Assembly (NCBI GenBank): GCA_044348005.1
Contig: JBIKTR010000010.1
Coordinates: 225 to 64,224, forward strand
Length of the DNA: 64,000 nt
Origin: Vampirovibrionales bacterium
GTDB taxonomy: Bacteria; Cyanobacteriota; Vampirovibrionia; Vampirovibrionales; JAJTHC01
Direction: 5' to 3'
Below the pieces are notes generated by a model. The model saw only the letters and a list, made by a program, of their open reading frames with translations. It ran no database searches and was not told where the DNA came from. How positions within the stretch are numbered: the first letter of the stretch is position 1; every line of letters starts with the position of its first letter. Positions 17,878-27,852 of the stretch are shown piece by piece. A program made the translations under genes and the position numbers.

Positions 17878-19260
17878 ATGTTATTTTTTATGATTGTGAT
17901 GCGTGGCTTGTGCGTTTTAAGTCTTTTGATGGTTTTAAATGTGCCAAGTTTTGCTCAATACAACAGTCTTGAAGAAGCCTTGTTAAACGGAAACGAAGCC
18001 TTTAGAAAAGGTGATTATGCCGAAGCTGAATTGAATTATTCCCAAGCCCTAGAACGCGCGCCACGAAACATTGGTGCGCATTTTAACCGAGCTTTAGCGC
18101 GTCAGCACTTAAATAATACCAAAGGGGCTATGGAAGACTACAATACGCTTTTAAGTATAGATCCCAAACACGTTGTTTCGTTAATGAATCGTGGTAACTT
18201 GAAGCAAGAACTAGGGGATTACAAAGGCGCTTTGGCTGATTATAACGTCGCCTTAGCTCTAACTGGCGAAAAATCGGGGCTGTATTATAACAGAGCCCTA
18301 GTCAAACAAAAGCTCAACGATATTGACAGTGCCATTCAAGATTATAAAGTAGCGGTAGACTTGGACCCTCGAAAAAAAGCCGCCTTTAACAACTTAGGTA
18401 ACATTTATGTGGAACGTAAAGCCTTTGAACAAGCGATTGAATTCTATAATCAAGCCATTGAATTGGATCCAAAATACGCGGATGCCTATCTGAATCGTGG
18501 GGAAGCATTGGCGGGCTTGGGCGATTTGCCAAGTGCCTTAGAAGATTTTAATACCGCCATTGAACTCGATTCCACCAAAGCAATTTACTATACCTACCGT
18601 GGTAAGCTTCAAAAACGACTGAATAATTTGGATGAAGCCTTGGCGGATCTTCAGCTAGCCATTAAGTTAGATCCCACCCATTGGCAGAACTTTCGTTATG
18701 TGGGGGGGATTTATAAGCGTCAAAAAAAGTATGAAGCGTCTTTGGTGGCGTATAATAAAGCCCTTGAACTTAATCCTAAAGAAGCAGGGGAAGTCTACGC
18801 CCATCGTGGGGATTTGTATATTTTGCTGAAACAGCCTGATTTAGCCTTGGCGGATTATAATAAAGCCATTGAGGTGGATCCCAAACATGCAGAAGCGTAT
18901 TGTCAACGGGCGTCACTTCTTTTAGCGAAAGGAGATCATGAAGACGCCTTAAAGGATTTAGATCTGGCGATTGAACTTAACCCCAATGATTCCGAAGCCC
19001 ATTACACACGTGGGCATGTGTATAAAGCGTTAGGCAAGACTGAAGAAGCCGCCCATAGTTATAGCAAAGTCATTGAACTTGATGAAGAACATGCGGAAGC
19101 CCGCTACCACCGCGCTAAAGTGTTGAGTCTTTTGGGGCAAACGCGCCATGCCATAAAAGAAGCGCAACATTCGGCCTTACTGCATGAAAAACAAGGCAAT
19201 GTGTATGGAGCCAAAAAAGCGCATGCCTTAAAAAAACACGTTGAAAAACAACTCAAATAA
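17878..19260 (+). CDS. secreted tetratricopeptide (TPR) repeat protein
   Basis: Many 34-aa TPR-like repeats (AxxxYNxAIELDP... recurring). Signal peptide MLFFMIVMRGLCVLSLLMVLNVPSFA. Start set at internal Met preceded by AAGGAAA. Confidence 0.7.
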   Translation: MLFFMIVMRGLCVLSLLMVLNVPSFAQYNSLEEALLNGNEAFRKGDYAEAELNYSQALERAPRNIGAHFNRALARQHLNNTKGAMEDYNTLLSIDPKHVVSLMNRGNLKQELGDYKGALADYNVALALTGEKSGLYYNRALVKQKLNDIDSAIQDYKVAVDLDPRKKAAFNNLGNIYVERKAFEQAIEFYNQAIELDPKYADAYLNRGEALAGLGDLPSALEDFNTAIELDSTKAIYYTYRGKLQKRLNNLDEALADLQLAIKLDPTHWQNFRYVGGIYKRQKKYEASLVAYNKALELNPKEAGEVYAHRGDLYILLKQPDLALADYNKAIEVDPKHAEAYCQRASLLLAKGDHEDALKDLDLAIELNPNDSEAHYTRGHVYKALGKTEEAAHSYSKVIELDEEHAEARYHRAKVLSLLGQTRHAIKEAQHSALLHEKQGNVYGAKKAHALKKHVEKQLK

Positions 19261-19328
19261 GCACGGTTTGGGGTATAATAAAGTCGTTCCATGTAAGCGA
19301 TTAAAAAAATCGTAGAGGAGACTTTTAA

Positions 19329-19595
19329 ATGCCTACCTTTCTCGCTGAAGTACTGGTTGCCACGCGAAGCAATGTGTTACACCCTGAAAGTAAAACCGTT
19401 CAAGAAGCGTTGCATGGCTTGGGGTATGGCAGTGTAAAGCATCTGCAAATAGGCAAGCACTTTAGCTTTACGCTGGACGCTGCTGATGAGGCGACGGCTC
19501 GAGATATGATTCTTCAAATGGCTGAACAATTACTGGCGAATCCCGTGATTGAAGACACCCACATCACCCAACTCAACCTGTTGGAGGCGCTTTAG
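19329..19595 (+). CDS. purS: phosphoribosylformylglycinamidine synthase subunit PurS
   Basis: 88 aa. ...QEALHGLGYGSVKHLQIGKHFSFTL...LLANPVIEDTHI matches PurS family pattern. Immediately upstream of purQ. Confidence 0.7.
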   Translation: MPTFLAEVLVATRSNVLHPESKTVQEALHGLGYGSVKHLQIGKHFSFTLDAADEATARDMILQMAEQLLANPVIEDTHITQLNLLEAL

Positions 19596-19596
19596 C

Positions 19597-20307
19597 ATGG
19601 CCCAATTAAAAATCGGGGTGGTGGTGTTCCCCGGCACCAATTGCGACAAAGACGTCATAGAAGCCTTGAAATGCAGTGTGCCAGACGCCCAAGTCGTTGA
19701 ATTGTGGCATGACGACGTGCCTAACCAGCCCTTAGAACACACGTTTCAATGGGTAATTTTGCCAGGGGGCTTTAGCTACGGAGATTACTTGCGTTGTGGG
19801 GCTATGGCCAAAAACTCTAAGCTCATGCAAGCCATTAAGCGCTTTGCTCAATCTGGGGGTTATGTGCTGGGCATTTGTAATGGGTTTCAAATTTTATGTG
19901 AAGCAGGCTTGCTAGAAGGCACGTTAATTGCGAATGCGTCCAAACGTTTTATTTGTCAACAACGCACCGCCTTAGAAGTTATTTCCACGGCGTCGCCTTA
20001 CACCAGAGGCTACCAAAAAGGGCAGATCGTTGAAATGCCCATTGCACATGGTGAAGGGTGTTATTATGCAGACCCTGAAACACTTACTCGGCTAGAAGCA
20101 AACAACCAAATCGTGTTTCGTTACGTGCATGAAGTCAATGGATCCCTTCACCGTATTGCGGGTATTTCAAATAAAACAGGTAATGTCATGGGGTTGATGC
20201 CTCACCCTGAACGTAATTTATGGCAAAAGGCCTTGAGTGGCTTTACGGGAGAAGGACGCACTTTGTTTGAATCGGTGGGGGCGTCGTTATGTGTGACCCC
20301 CTTATAG
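19597..20307 (+). CDS. purQ: phosphoribosylformylglycinamidine synthase I (glutaminase subunit PurQ)
   Basis: MAQLKIGVVVFPGTNCDKDV N-terminus. Class-I glutamine amidotransferase Cys in GICNGFQ. ATG is 1 nt after the purS stop; the track's longer ORF overlaps purS. Confidence 0.8.
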   Translation: MAQLKIGVVVFPGTNCDKDVIEALKCSVPDAQVVELWHDDVPNQPLEHTFQWVILPGGFSYGDYLRCGAMAKNSKLMQAIKRFAQSGGYVLGICNGFQILCEAGLLEGTLIANASKRFICQQRTALEVISTASPYTRGYQKGQIVEMPIAHGEGCYYADPETLTRLEANNQIVFRYVHEVNGSLHRIAGISNKTGNVMGLMPHPERNLWQKALSGFTGEGRTLFESVGASLCVTPL

Positions 20308-20732
20308 TGTTTGATCTTTCGAACACTATAAAAAGAAAAATCCCCCATCTTTGGCGAGACGAGGGCTTAAGGTTTCATAGACGTGAGAGAGTCGTCTATG
20401 AAGGATCTATTCTAATAAAAGTGTTGTGAGTCGTTATTTCTTCTGAAAAGGGGGGATCATACCCCCGATTTTCCTTTATTTTCCCCTATTTATTTCCCTT
20501 TTATTTTCCCCTAATTTACGAATCTAATCAGTACGGCTATGGTTCATTTTTTATTTTTTATTTTCTTCTGTTTTTTTCTTCTGAAAGAGAGAGAGAGAAT
20601 CGGCACTAGTGTTTAACGGCGTGTTTCGTTCAATACCAGAAGGTATTTTTCTAACTCTTCCCCTAAACGCCATGGCCCTTTTTTATAGTGACACGAGAGG
20701 CATTACAAAAAGCGATCAATGTTTGAATTAAA

Positions 20733-21686
20733 TTAGTTCATGTATCCTTGAATCAACTGTAGCAATTCTGGAGGAAATGGAAATCCTTCCTGTTCTTGTT
20801 GTGGCGCTTCAGGAACAAAACCTTCAGAAGCCGTGGCAAGAATAAAGCAGAAGAATTGACTCATTTCTTCAATAAATTGTGAATCAAAATCTGTCGTACC
20901 GAGGTTCAAGGCTTCAGGTGCTGTAGGCATCTGACCCCAAAACTTATACGTGTCGGATTGAAAATTGGGTGTTTTTTTAAGCATGGGTACGGTTCCAACT
21001 TCACCATAAGGGTCTTGGCCGTAAGTCCTTGGCGTTGGGTGATGATGCTTTTTAATACCATAAGAAGGCTTTTTCATGCCGGGTGGGCAGTAGGCATCTT
21101 TGCTATTGTAGCTACGATCTGGACTAGAAACATTACCCCGTTGGCTTTGTAGCATTCCCATGCCCATGCTTGCCATCATAAACCCTTTGATGAAATCAGG
21201 AGACATGAACATGCCTTGATCATCGAACCTAGAAGGTGGGCAAATTTTTGGTGCTGGAACGTTTTGATATGTGGGCGTTTGGCTGTTTTCAATGCGGTTG
21301 TTATAACGAGGCGCCTGCACCTGATTATACACATTCACAATCGGCACGTTCGCATTATAGTTATAACCAGTGCCTTGGCTAGGTGGGTAATTATAGGTTG
21401 AAGAAACCTGAGGTTCCACATAAGTGGGTGCTGGTTCTTGAACCGCATAGTTATTCACGCTTGGAGCAGAATAGCTGATGTTTTGGATGGCGCCTTGCCC
21501 GTAGCCTTGAGGATTTTGTGGCTGAGGTTGTGCATAAGTTGCTTGAGCTTGAGGTTGCCCGTAATTTTGATTATAACCTTGCCCATAATTAGAACCTTGA
21601 TTATAAAAATTGTTCACTTGTGGCATGTTATAAGGTGCTGCCATAATCATTTGTGAAACGCCATTACCCATGTATGATCCCATCAT
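20733..21686 (-). CDS. hypothetical protein with Q/N/Y/P-rich low-complexity N-terminal half
   Basis: 317-aa ORF. N-terminus MMGSYMGNGVSQMIMAAPYNMPQVNNFYNQGSNYGQGYNQNYGQPQ... is prion-like in composition. C-terminal ~130 aa more ordinary. No recognisable motif. Confidence 0.4.
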   Translation of the reverse strand: MMGSYMGNGVSQMIMAAPYNMPQVNNFYNQGSNYGQGYNQNYGQPQAQATYAQPQPQNPQGYGQGAIQNISYSAPSVNNYAVQEPAPTYVEPQVSSTYNYPPSQGTGYNYNANVPIVNVYNQVQAPRYNNRIENSQTPTYQNVPAPKICPPSRFDDQGMFMSPDFIKGFMMASMGMGMLQSQRGNVSSPDRSYNSKDAYCPPGMKKPSYGIKKHHHPTPRTYGQDPYGEVGTVPMLKKTPNFQSDTYKFWGQMPTAPEALNLGTTDFDSQFIEEMSQFFCFILATASEGFVPEAPQQEQEGFPFPPELLQLIQGYMN

Positions 21687-22006
21687 GTCTCATTTCCCCT
21701 ATCTTTTTCTCTTTGTCAGAATCATTGTTCGAACTTCAACAAAAAGCCTTTGTGTCTGTTCGTTTGAATCTTACCCTACGCTTAATATCTGAATCGTTGT
21801 CCCGTTTAAGTGATTCATTTTTTAACTTTCCCTGTGTCTTAATAAACAGGATTTCAAACCTAGAATTGCTGATTTGTTACAATACGTTACATACAAAACC
21901 GCAAGGTAACGAGACTTTCAAATAAAAAAACCCAAGAAAATAGACACGCCTCACCTGTTAAAACGTTTCACGGTGTTAGGCGTTATACAGACTTTTTGAC
22001 GGTATT

Positions 22007-23254
22007 TTAGGGCGCTGCATCAAACGCTTCTGGATGCATGACTTCCGTTTTAAGGGAAATCACCATCCGTTTTTTATTCCTTAACACCTTTACACTTAAA
22101 CGCTTGCCGATGCCTTCTTGACGCACGACATCCCGAAAGGCTTTAGGGCTTTGCACCTGAATACCTTGAACGGCTTGAATCACATCGCCCACGGCCAAAC
22201 CCGCTTTTGACGCAGGCGAATTCGGCACAACTTGCCCCACCACTACCCCTTTAACAGCAGGAAACAAGCCCAATTGTTCTATAATTTCTGGCGTGAGTTC
22301 AGCCAGCATCACGCCCACGTAAGCTCGTTTCACTTGCCCACGAACAATGAGTTCATCGGCCACTTGCTTCACCGTATTTGAAGGAATGGCAAAACCGATG
22401 TTCTGCCCATTTCGCAAAATTGCGGTATTAATCCCAATGACTTCACCATACAAATCCACCAAAGCACCGCCTGAATTACCGGGATTGATCGCCGCATCCG
22501 TCTGCACAAAGGGGACTTCTTCGTTTAAATCAGGCACCCGCCGCGCCATGGCTGAAACAATCCCCAGCGTTACGGAATGATCAAACCCCAGTGGCGAACC
22601 CATGGCAAGCACCCAATCGCCCGTGCGTAATTGTGAAGAATTACCTAGTTTGGCGGCGGTTAATGGAGCGTCAGACGACTGTAGTTGAATCACGGCTAAA
22701 TCGGTAAGCGGATCACTACCCACCAGTTTAGCCGCGTAGACTTTACCATTATTCAAACGCACCTGCAGTTGTGTAGCCCCTTGCACCACATGGTTGTTCG
22801 TAATAATGTAGCCTTTTTGTGCATTGTAAATCACGCCACTGCCTTGGCCTTCTTGTTCTTGGGGGGCTTGGGGAAACGGAAAGCCTTGATTGCCAAAAAA
22901 GTATCGAAACAACTCGTCTTCTGAACTCACGCCTTGTGGACGCATTCGCACTTCGATGTTTACCACGCTTGGTGCCAGTGATTCTGAAATATCCGCCAGC
23001 ACGCTGGAAAAGGGACTGTTGACGGCTTGCCGTGTGATTCGGGGGGGAACAGGCACAGAAGCCGACGCATGTTTGGCTTCTGAAGAAAATGGATCTTTTA
23101 CGACCGTTAACAGGTGTGGGAAAAACTGAAAGGCAAGGCTTGTACTGGCAAGCACTAGAGCAAGAACGCTTAAAATCAGTGGCCACGTTACAGGGCGACG
23201 TTGACGAAACGAAATTAAGTTACTTCCTTCGGCAGGGGTGGATTGAAGAGGCAT
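22007..23254 (-). CDS. htrA: periplasmic serine endoprotease HtrA/DegP family
   Basis: Signal/TM segment. Trypsin-like catalytic region with GNSGGALVDLYGEVIGINTAI. C-terminal PDZ-like region. Confidence 0.85.
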   Translation of the reverse strand: MPLQSTPAEGSNLISFRQRRPVTWPLILSVLALVLASTSLAFQFFPHLLTVVKDPFSSEAKHASASVPVPPRITRQAVNSPFSSVLADISESLAPSVVNIEVRMRPQGVSSEDELFRYFFGNQGFPFPQAPQEQEGQGSGVIYNAQKGYIITNNHVVQGATQLQVRLNNGKVYAAKLVGSDPLTDLAVIQLQSSDAPLTAAKLGNSSQLRTGDWVLAMGSPLGFDHSVTLGIVSAMARRVPDLNEEVPFVQTDAAINPGNSGGALVDLYGEVIGINTAILRNGQNIGFAIPSNTVKQVADELIVRGQVKRAYVGVMLAELTPEIIEQLGLFPAVKGVVVGQVVPNSPASKAGLAVGDVIQAVQGIQVQSPKAFRDVVRQEGIGKRLSVKVLRNKKRMVISLKTEVMHPEAFDAAP

Positions 23255-23389
23255 CGTAGACTCCTTTCGTATTTTTAATGATTCAGGTGGTGCTGATTGA
23301 TTTCACCATTATATCAAAAAATGCGATATACTGAAAATAATGAAATTTTCATTCCCCTTTGCTTTAAAAAGGACTTGAAGGAACGATAC

Positions 23390-24448
23390 ATGACGCTGAA
23401 TGACTCCCCCGTTTTGCTTGAAGCACCCACACATCTCTCACAGGATCCCTTGATTGAAGTACAGGGGCTTAAAAAGTACTTTCCCGTAAAAGACGGGTTT
23501 TTTAACAGGAACATTGCAGAAGTCAAAGCGCTCGATGGAATCAGCTTTAGCGTTAATCACGGTGAAACGCTCGGTATTGTGGGCGAAAGCGGATGCGGAA
23601 AATCCACGCTCGCTCGCTGCCTTATTCGCTTGGAAGAACCCGATAAAGGGCAAATCTTTTTTGACGGGCAAGACTGGTTGGGCTTGTCTAATCAGGCTTT
23701 ACGGCAAAAACGTGCGAACATGCAAATGATTTTTCAAAACCCCTATGCCAGTCTCAATCCACGTTTAACGGTGGGCCAAGCCATTGGTGAACCGCTGGAA
23801 ATTTTTAAGCGCGCCAGCAAACAAGCCTTGCGAAATGAAGTGTTGGCGTTGTTAGACATGGTCGGCCTTTCTGCTAGTGTGGTGGAACGCTACCCCAGTG
23901 AACTTTCAGGTGGTCAGCGTCAACGGGTGTGCATCGCACGGGCGTTGGCTTTGCGACCGAAGTTAATCATTGCAGACGAAGCCGTCAGTGCCTTAGATGT
24001 TTCGGTACAAGCCCAAGTGCTTAATTTAATGGATGATCTCAAAAAAGAGTTGGGGCTCACCTATGTGTTTATTGCCCATAATTTAAGCGTGGTTCAGCAC
24101 TTTTGCGATCGAGTAGCGGTGATGTACTTAGGCAAGTTTATGGAAGTCGGTTCTACGGAAACGATTTTTCAACGGCCTCAGCATCCATACACCAAAGCAT
24201 TGTTAGACGCGATGCCCATTGCGGATCCCGTGCTTGCCAAACGGCAACGCGCCATGCGTCACCCCTTAGTGGGCGAACTGCCTAGCCCCATGAATCCCCC
24301 CAGTGGCTGTCGTTTTCACACGCGATGCCCCGAAACCTTCACCCCTTGCCCCTTAGAAGAACCTGAACTGCTTGCCGTAAACGGCGAAGAATCCCACGTG
24401 TTGGCCTGCCATTTAGGCCGTGTTGAACATGAAGAAGGGGACTTGTAA
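23390..24448 (+). CDS. ABC transporter ATP-binding protein, oligopeptide/dipeptide (OppF/DppF) type
   Basis: Walker A GESGCGKSTL. ABC signature LSGGQRQRVCIARAL. Walker B LIIADEAVSALD. Opp-type C-terminal extension (PPSGCRFHTRCP). Start at internal Met with AAGGAA SD. Confidence 0.8.
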   Translation: MTLNDSPVLLEAPTHLSQDPLIEVQGLKKYFPVKDGFFNRNIAEVKALDGISFSVNHGETLGIVGESGCGKSTLARCLIRLEEPDKGQIFFDGQDWLGLSNQALRQKRANMQMIFQNPYASLNPRLTVGQAIGEPLEIFKRASKQALRNEVLALLDMVGLSASVVERYPSELSGGQRQRVCIARALALRPKLIIADEAVSALDVSVQAQVLNLMDDLKKELGLTYVFIAHNLSVVQHFCDRVAVMYLGKFMEVGSTETIFQRPQHPYTKALLDAMPIADPVLAKRQRAMRHPLVGELPSPMNPPSGCRFHTRCPETFTPCPLEEPELLAVNGEESHVLACHLGRVEHEEGDL

Positions 24449-24882
24449 TGTCTAGCCCGCCAGATGACTTCAAGAAGTTTTTAAATACCTTTATGAGCAA
24501 CAATTTTGGGGCGGCCTTTGACTGCTTTTCCAAAGAAACCCGCACCTATTTTTTAGAATACACGTATGACTTACTTAAAAAGCGAAATCCTGAAGCGGTG
24601 GAAGTTTCAGGCATTGGGTTGAAAGAAGTTCAAATGATGTTTCGCATGAATGAAAAAACCTTGATTCACACCTTTTGGAAGACGTTTTACTTTAGCAGTG
24701 GCACGCAAGAACTCTACCAATTTGGTTCATTTACGCTCAAGGCTCAACAAGGCGAAAAAGCGGTTGTGGATTGCGTCTTGCAGTATCCCAACGGTCAGCA
24801 AGGGCAGGTGGATATTTGCATGGTCAAAGAAGGGAACTCATGGAAATACGGCTATATTGAATCGGGCATGAAACTCAACTAA
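24448..24882 (+). CDS. hypothetical protein (144 aa)
   Basis: ORF start overlaps the ABC ATPase stop, suggesting translational coupling. No recognisable motif. Confidence 0.35.
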   Translation: MSSPPDDFKKFLNTFMSNNFGAAFDCFSKETRTYFLEYTYDLLKKRNPEAVEVSGIGLKEVQMMFRMNEKTLIHTFWKTFYFSSGTQELYQFGSFTLKAQQGEKAVVDCVLQYPNGQQGQVDICMVKEGNSWKYGYIESGMKLN

Positions 24883-24955
24883 AGGGAAGGGATGCTCTTT
24901 AGCCAAGCCACCCAAGCAACGGTTTTCACGCTTTAAAAGACGATGTAAAAATGCC

Positions 24956-25792
24956 CTAAAAATAGCGATTCAGTTCTTGTAACGCTTTTTTGAGACGACG
25001 GCTCACCTGCATTTGCGAAACCCCACTACGTTCCGCGATTTTTTGTTGAGGCATTTCTTCAAAAAAGCTCAAGGTCACCACTTCCCGAAGTTCTGGAGCC
25101 AAGCGGGCCAATGCTTTTTTAATCATTAACTTGTCTTCCGTTTCAGGCACCCCGCCGGTGTCTTGCAATTCTGAAAAAGTTTCAAAATAAGGAACGTCTT
25201 CTTCTGAAAGATCAGGGGAATCATTTAACGTACCCGCAGACTGGATCACCTCGTTATCATTCACATAGAAGATGTCTTCAAATGAAAATGCCACCGAACG
25301 ACGTTCAAGGTGACGTAGCTCGTTTAGGGTGGTGGGTTCGCATTGCAGGGCGTTGAGCAGTTCAACGTCGTTGGGTTCTCTGCCGTTTTGGGCTTGAAAG
25401 TTCTTGCTGATGCTTTGCATACGATAGTGCAATTCCTGTAAGGCCCGTGGCGCTTTAAACAACAAGGATTGTTCCCGTAAGTAGCGACGAATTTCGCCTG
25501 TTACATAAAAACTGGCATAGCTTTTAAAGGAACTGCCTTTGTCAGGATCATAATGCGAAAGCGCTTTTAAGACGCCAATGGCCCCCATTTGAAGCAAATC
25601 TTCTTTGGGGTCACTATGACGACGCGCCATGCTTTGCACAAAACTTTCCACATAGGGGGTCATGGCTTCTAAAAAAGCTTTTTTGCATTGCTGTTGTTCT
25701 TGGGGGCAATAGCAGTGGAGAGGTTGATGAAGCCATTTTGCTTCAAGGGCTTCTAAGTGATGCTGGTTAAATTTTGCAGACGAGCTTACCAT
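24956..25792 (-). CDS. sigma-70 family RNA polymerase sigma factor (group 3, FliA/sigma-28-like)
   Basis: Region 2 (...FKSYASFYVTGEIRRYLREQ) and region 4 HTH (LREVVTLSFFEEMPQQKIAERSGVSQMQVSRRLKKAL). 278 aa. Confidence 0.7.
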   Translation of the reverse strand: MVSSSAKFNQHHLEALEAKWLHQPLHCYCPQEQQQCKKAFLEAMTPYVESFVQSMARRHSDPKEDLLQMGAIGVLKALSHYDPDKGSSFKSYASFYVTGEIRRYLREQSLLFKAPRALQELHYRMQSISKNFQAQNGREPNDVELLNALQCEPTTLNELRHLERRSVAFSFEDIFYVNDNEVIQSAGTLNDSPDLSEEDVPYFETFSELQDTGGVPETEDKLMIKKALARLAPELREVVTLSFFEEMPQQKIAERSGVSQMQVSRRLKKALQELNRYF

Positions 25793-26029
25793 GGCAGGGG
25801 ATCCTTCATCGGTTCAAATGAATAGGTATAAGACGATATTGATAGTGCTACACGCTTTCTTTCGAATGGGGGGACAGAAACTTTAAGCCTTGTTACATTT
25901 CAAGTAAGACGGCAAGCCTTTGGTTTTTTAGAGAAAACTCGAGTAAAAAAAGTGTAAATGAGTGCTGGCACCTCGCCTTTTTCTCTCTTTTTTTGTATGA
26001 TGAATCGAGTAGACTAAAAGGGAATAACC

Positions 26030-27028
26030 ATGATTCAAGAAGCCGATGTGTGGCGGATTGCGCAACGCTTAATGCCTTCTTTTGCCCAAAACGACGACTG
26101 CTTTCACGAAGCCCTGACCCCTGAACTGAATCGTCTTTACAGCATGGATACCTTTGTAGAAGGGACGCATTTTAACTTGGCATGGCAATCGCTCCACAGC
26201 GTGGCATGGCGTTGCTTGGCTGGAAGTTTGAGTGATTTGGCGGCTTGCGGGGCCACCCCACTGGCTTATTTTATTGGGCTAAGCTTGCCTAAACACGTCA
26301 CGCAAGAAGACGTAGAAGCCTTTTACCAAGGCCTTGCTGACGCCACCCAAGCCATGGCCCCTGAACTACCCTTGTGGGGCGGAGACACCACCAAAGGCGA
26401 ACAATGGGTGATTAGCCTCTGCGTGATTGGGCAAGTGCCTGCTCCTGTGACGCTGAAACGCAGTCACGCAAAGGTGGGCCATGTCATTTTAACCACAGGT
26501 CACCCCGGTCTTTCAGGGTTGGGATGCCAATTACTAAGCCTTGGTAAAGAGGTTTCACCCTTTCCCCAAGCGATTCAGCAATTTAAAACGCCCATGCCCG
26601 AACTGTTGGCAGGGCAATGCTTGGCCCGCCTCATTCCAGACGCGTGTTTAATGGATTCTAGCGACGGCCTGGCTGATGCCTTGATTAAATGTGCCAAAGC
26701 CAGTGGCACCCATTTTGCCGTTGAAGGGTCTAAGGTGGTGGTGTCTTCTGAACTGTTGGTGGCGGAAATACATTTTGAAGAAGTCGATCCCTTGGATTTA
26801 ATTTTTTACGGCGGGGAAGATTTTCACTTGGTGGCCAGTGTCGCTCAGGACGCTTGGTTGACGCATCAAGACGCCTTAGAAGCAGTGGGATTCTATGAAA
26901 TTGGGGTGGTTGAACCCTATGTGGAACACGCGCCTTATGCGTCTGTGCATTGGCAGGACGACGTGCGTGAAGGGCTCAACGAAACCAAAAGCTTCCAACA
27001 CTTTAAAACGGAGTCAGCATCCACATGA
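26030..27028 (+). CDS. thiL: AIR-synthase-related protein, thiamine-monophosphate kinase-like
   Basis: ...VEGTHF...AWRCLAGSLSDLAACGATPLAYFIGLSLP pattern typical of the ThiL/PurM-like fold. 332 aa. Confidence 0.55.
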   Translation: MIQEADVWRIAQRLMPSFAQNDDCFHEALTPELNRLYSMDTFVEGTHFNLAWQSLHSVAWRCLAGSLSDLAACGATPLAYFIGLSLPKHVTQEDVEAFYQGLADATQAMAPELPLWGGDTTKGEQWVISLCVIGQVPAPVTLKRSHAKVGHVILTTGHPGLSGLGCQLLSLGKEVSPFPQAIQQFKTPMPELLAGQCLARLIPDACLMDSSDGLADALIKCAKASGTHFAVEGSKVVVSSELLVAEIHFEEVDPLDLIFYGGEDFHLVASVAQDAWLTHQDALEAVGFYEIGVVEPYVEHAPYASVHWQDDVREGLNETKSFQHFKTESAST

Positions 27029-27810
27029 GCCAAATGCCGTTAAAGAGCTGGGCGCTACTCACCGCGGGAGGCCAAAGTCAACGTTTTCAAACGGATGCCC
27101 AGCGTCAAGGGCTCACTTTTCTTGCAAACAAACTCTTAAATCCCTTAGAAGGGGAGCCCGTACTGGCCCATAGCCTGCGGGCGTTACTGGTTTCAATGCC
27201 TTTTAAAGGCCTTATTGTAACCGCCCCCAAAAACGCCATGGCTGATTTTCAAGTCATTCTTGAAGCGCTACAGGCGGAATTCCCCCACACGCCCTTGTTT
27301 TTGGTGGAAGGGGGGAGCAACAGGCGGGCTTCTGTTTATGCAGGGCTTCAGTATCTCACCTCTTTCACTCAAACAGCATTGCCTGAATTCGTGGTGATTC
27401 ACGACGGGGCAAGACCGCTGTTGCCTCCTCATTTTTTGCCTTTGGCGATGCAACAGTTTCAAGCCTTTCCCCATTTACACGGCGTGATTGCGGGCTTTCC
27501 ACTGAAGGATACGATTAAGCGAGTGCGCGTGGAAGACAATGCTACACGCATTGAAAGCACGGTGGCGCGTCAAGCGTTGTGGGCCGTTCAGACGCCTCAA
27601 GTGTTTCGCTTTCAAGCGCTGTGGCACGCCCATCAATCCGTCGCCATAGACGATACCATCACCGATGACGCCGAACTCATTGAACGGCACCTAGGCCCCC
27701 AAGCGTCGTTGTGCGTCTTGCCGTCTACTCAACGAAACTTGAAAATCACCACGCCTGAAGACCTCGACTTGGCGCGGTTTTGGTTGAATACGGCATCTGA
27801 CTCAAACTAA
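27025..27810 (+). CDS. ispD: 2-C-methyl-D-erythritol 4-phosphate cytidylyltransferase
   Basis: N-terminal G-rich nucleotide-binding segment (LLTAGGQSQRF). VIHDGARPLL motif. C-terminal TTPEDLDLARFWL. Start overlaps the thiL stop. Confidence 0.7.
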   Translation: MSQMPLKSWALLTAGGQSQRFQTDAQRQGLTFLANKLLNPLEGEPVLAHSLRALLVSMPFKGLIVTAPKNAMADFQVILEALQAEFPHTPLFLVEGGSNRRASVYAGLQYLTSFTQTALPEFVVIHDGARPLLPPHFLPLAMQQFQAFPHLHGVIAGFPLKDTIKRVRVEDNATRIESTVARQALWAVQTPQVFRFQALWHAHQSVAIDDTITDDAELIERHLGPQASLCVLPSTQRNLKITTPEDLDLARFWLNTASDSN

Positions 27811-27852
27811 ACGGTTTTTGGTATAGTATCTGAATGATAAACTCCGATGCTT

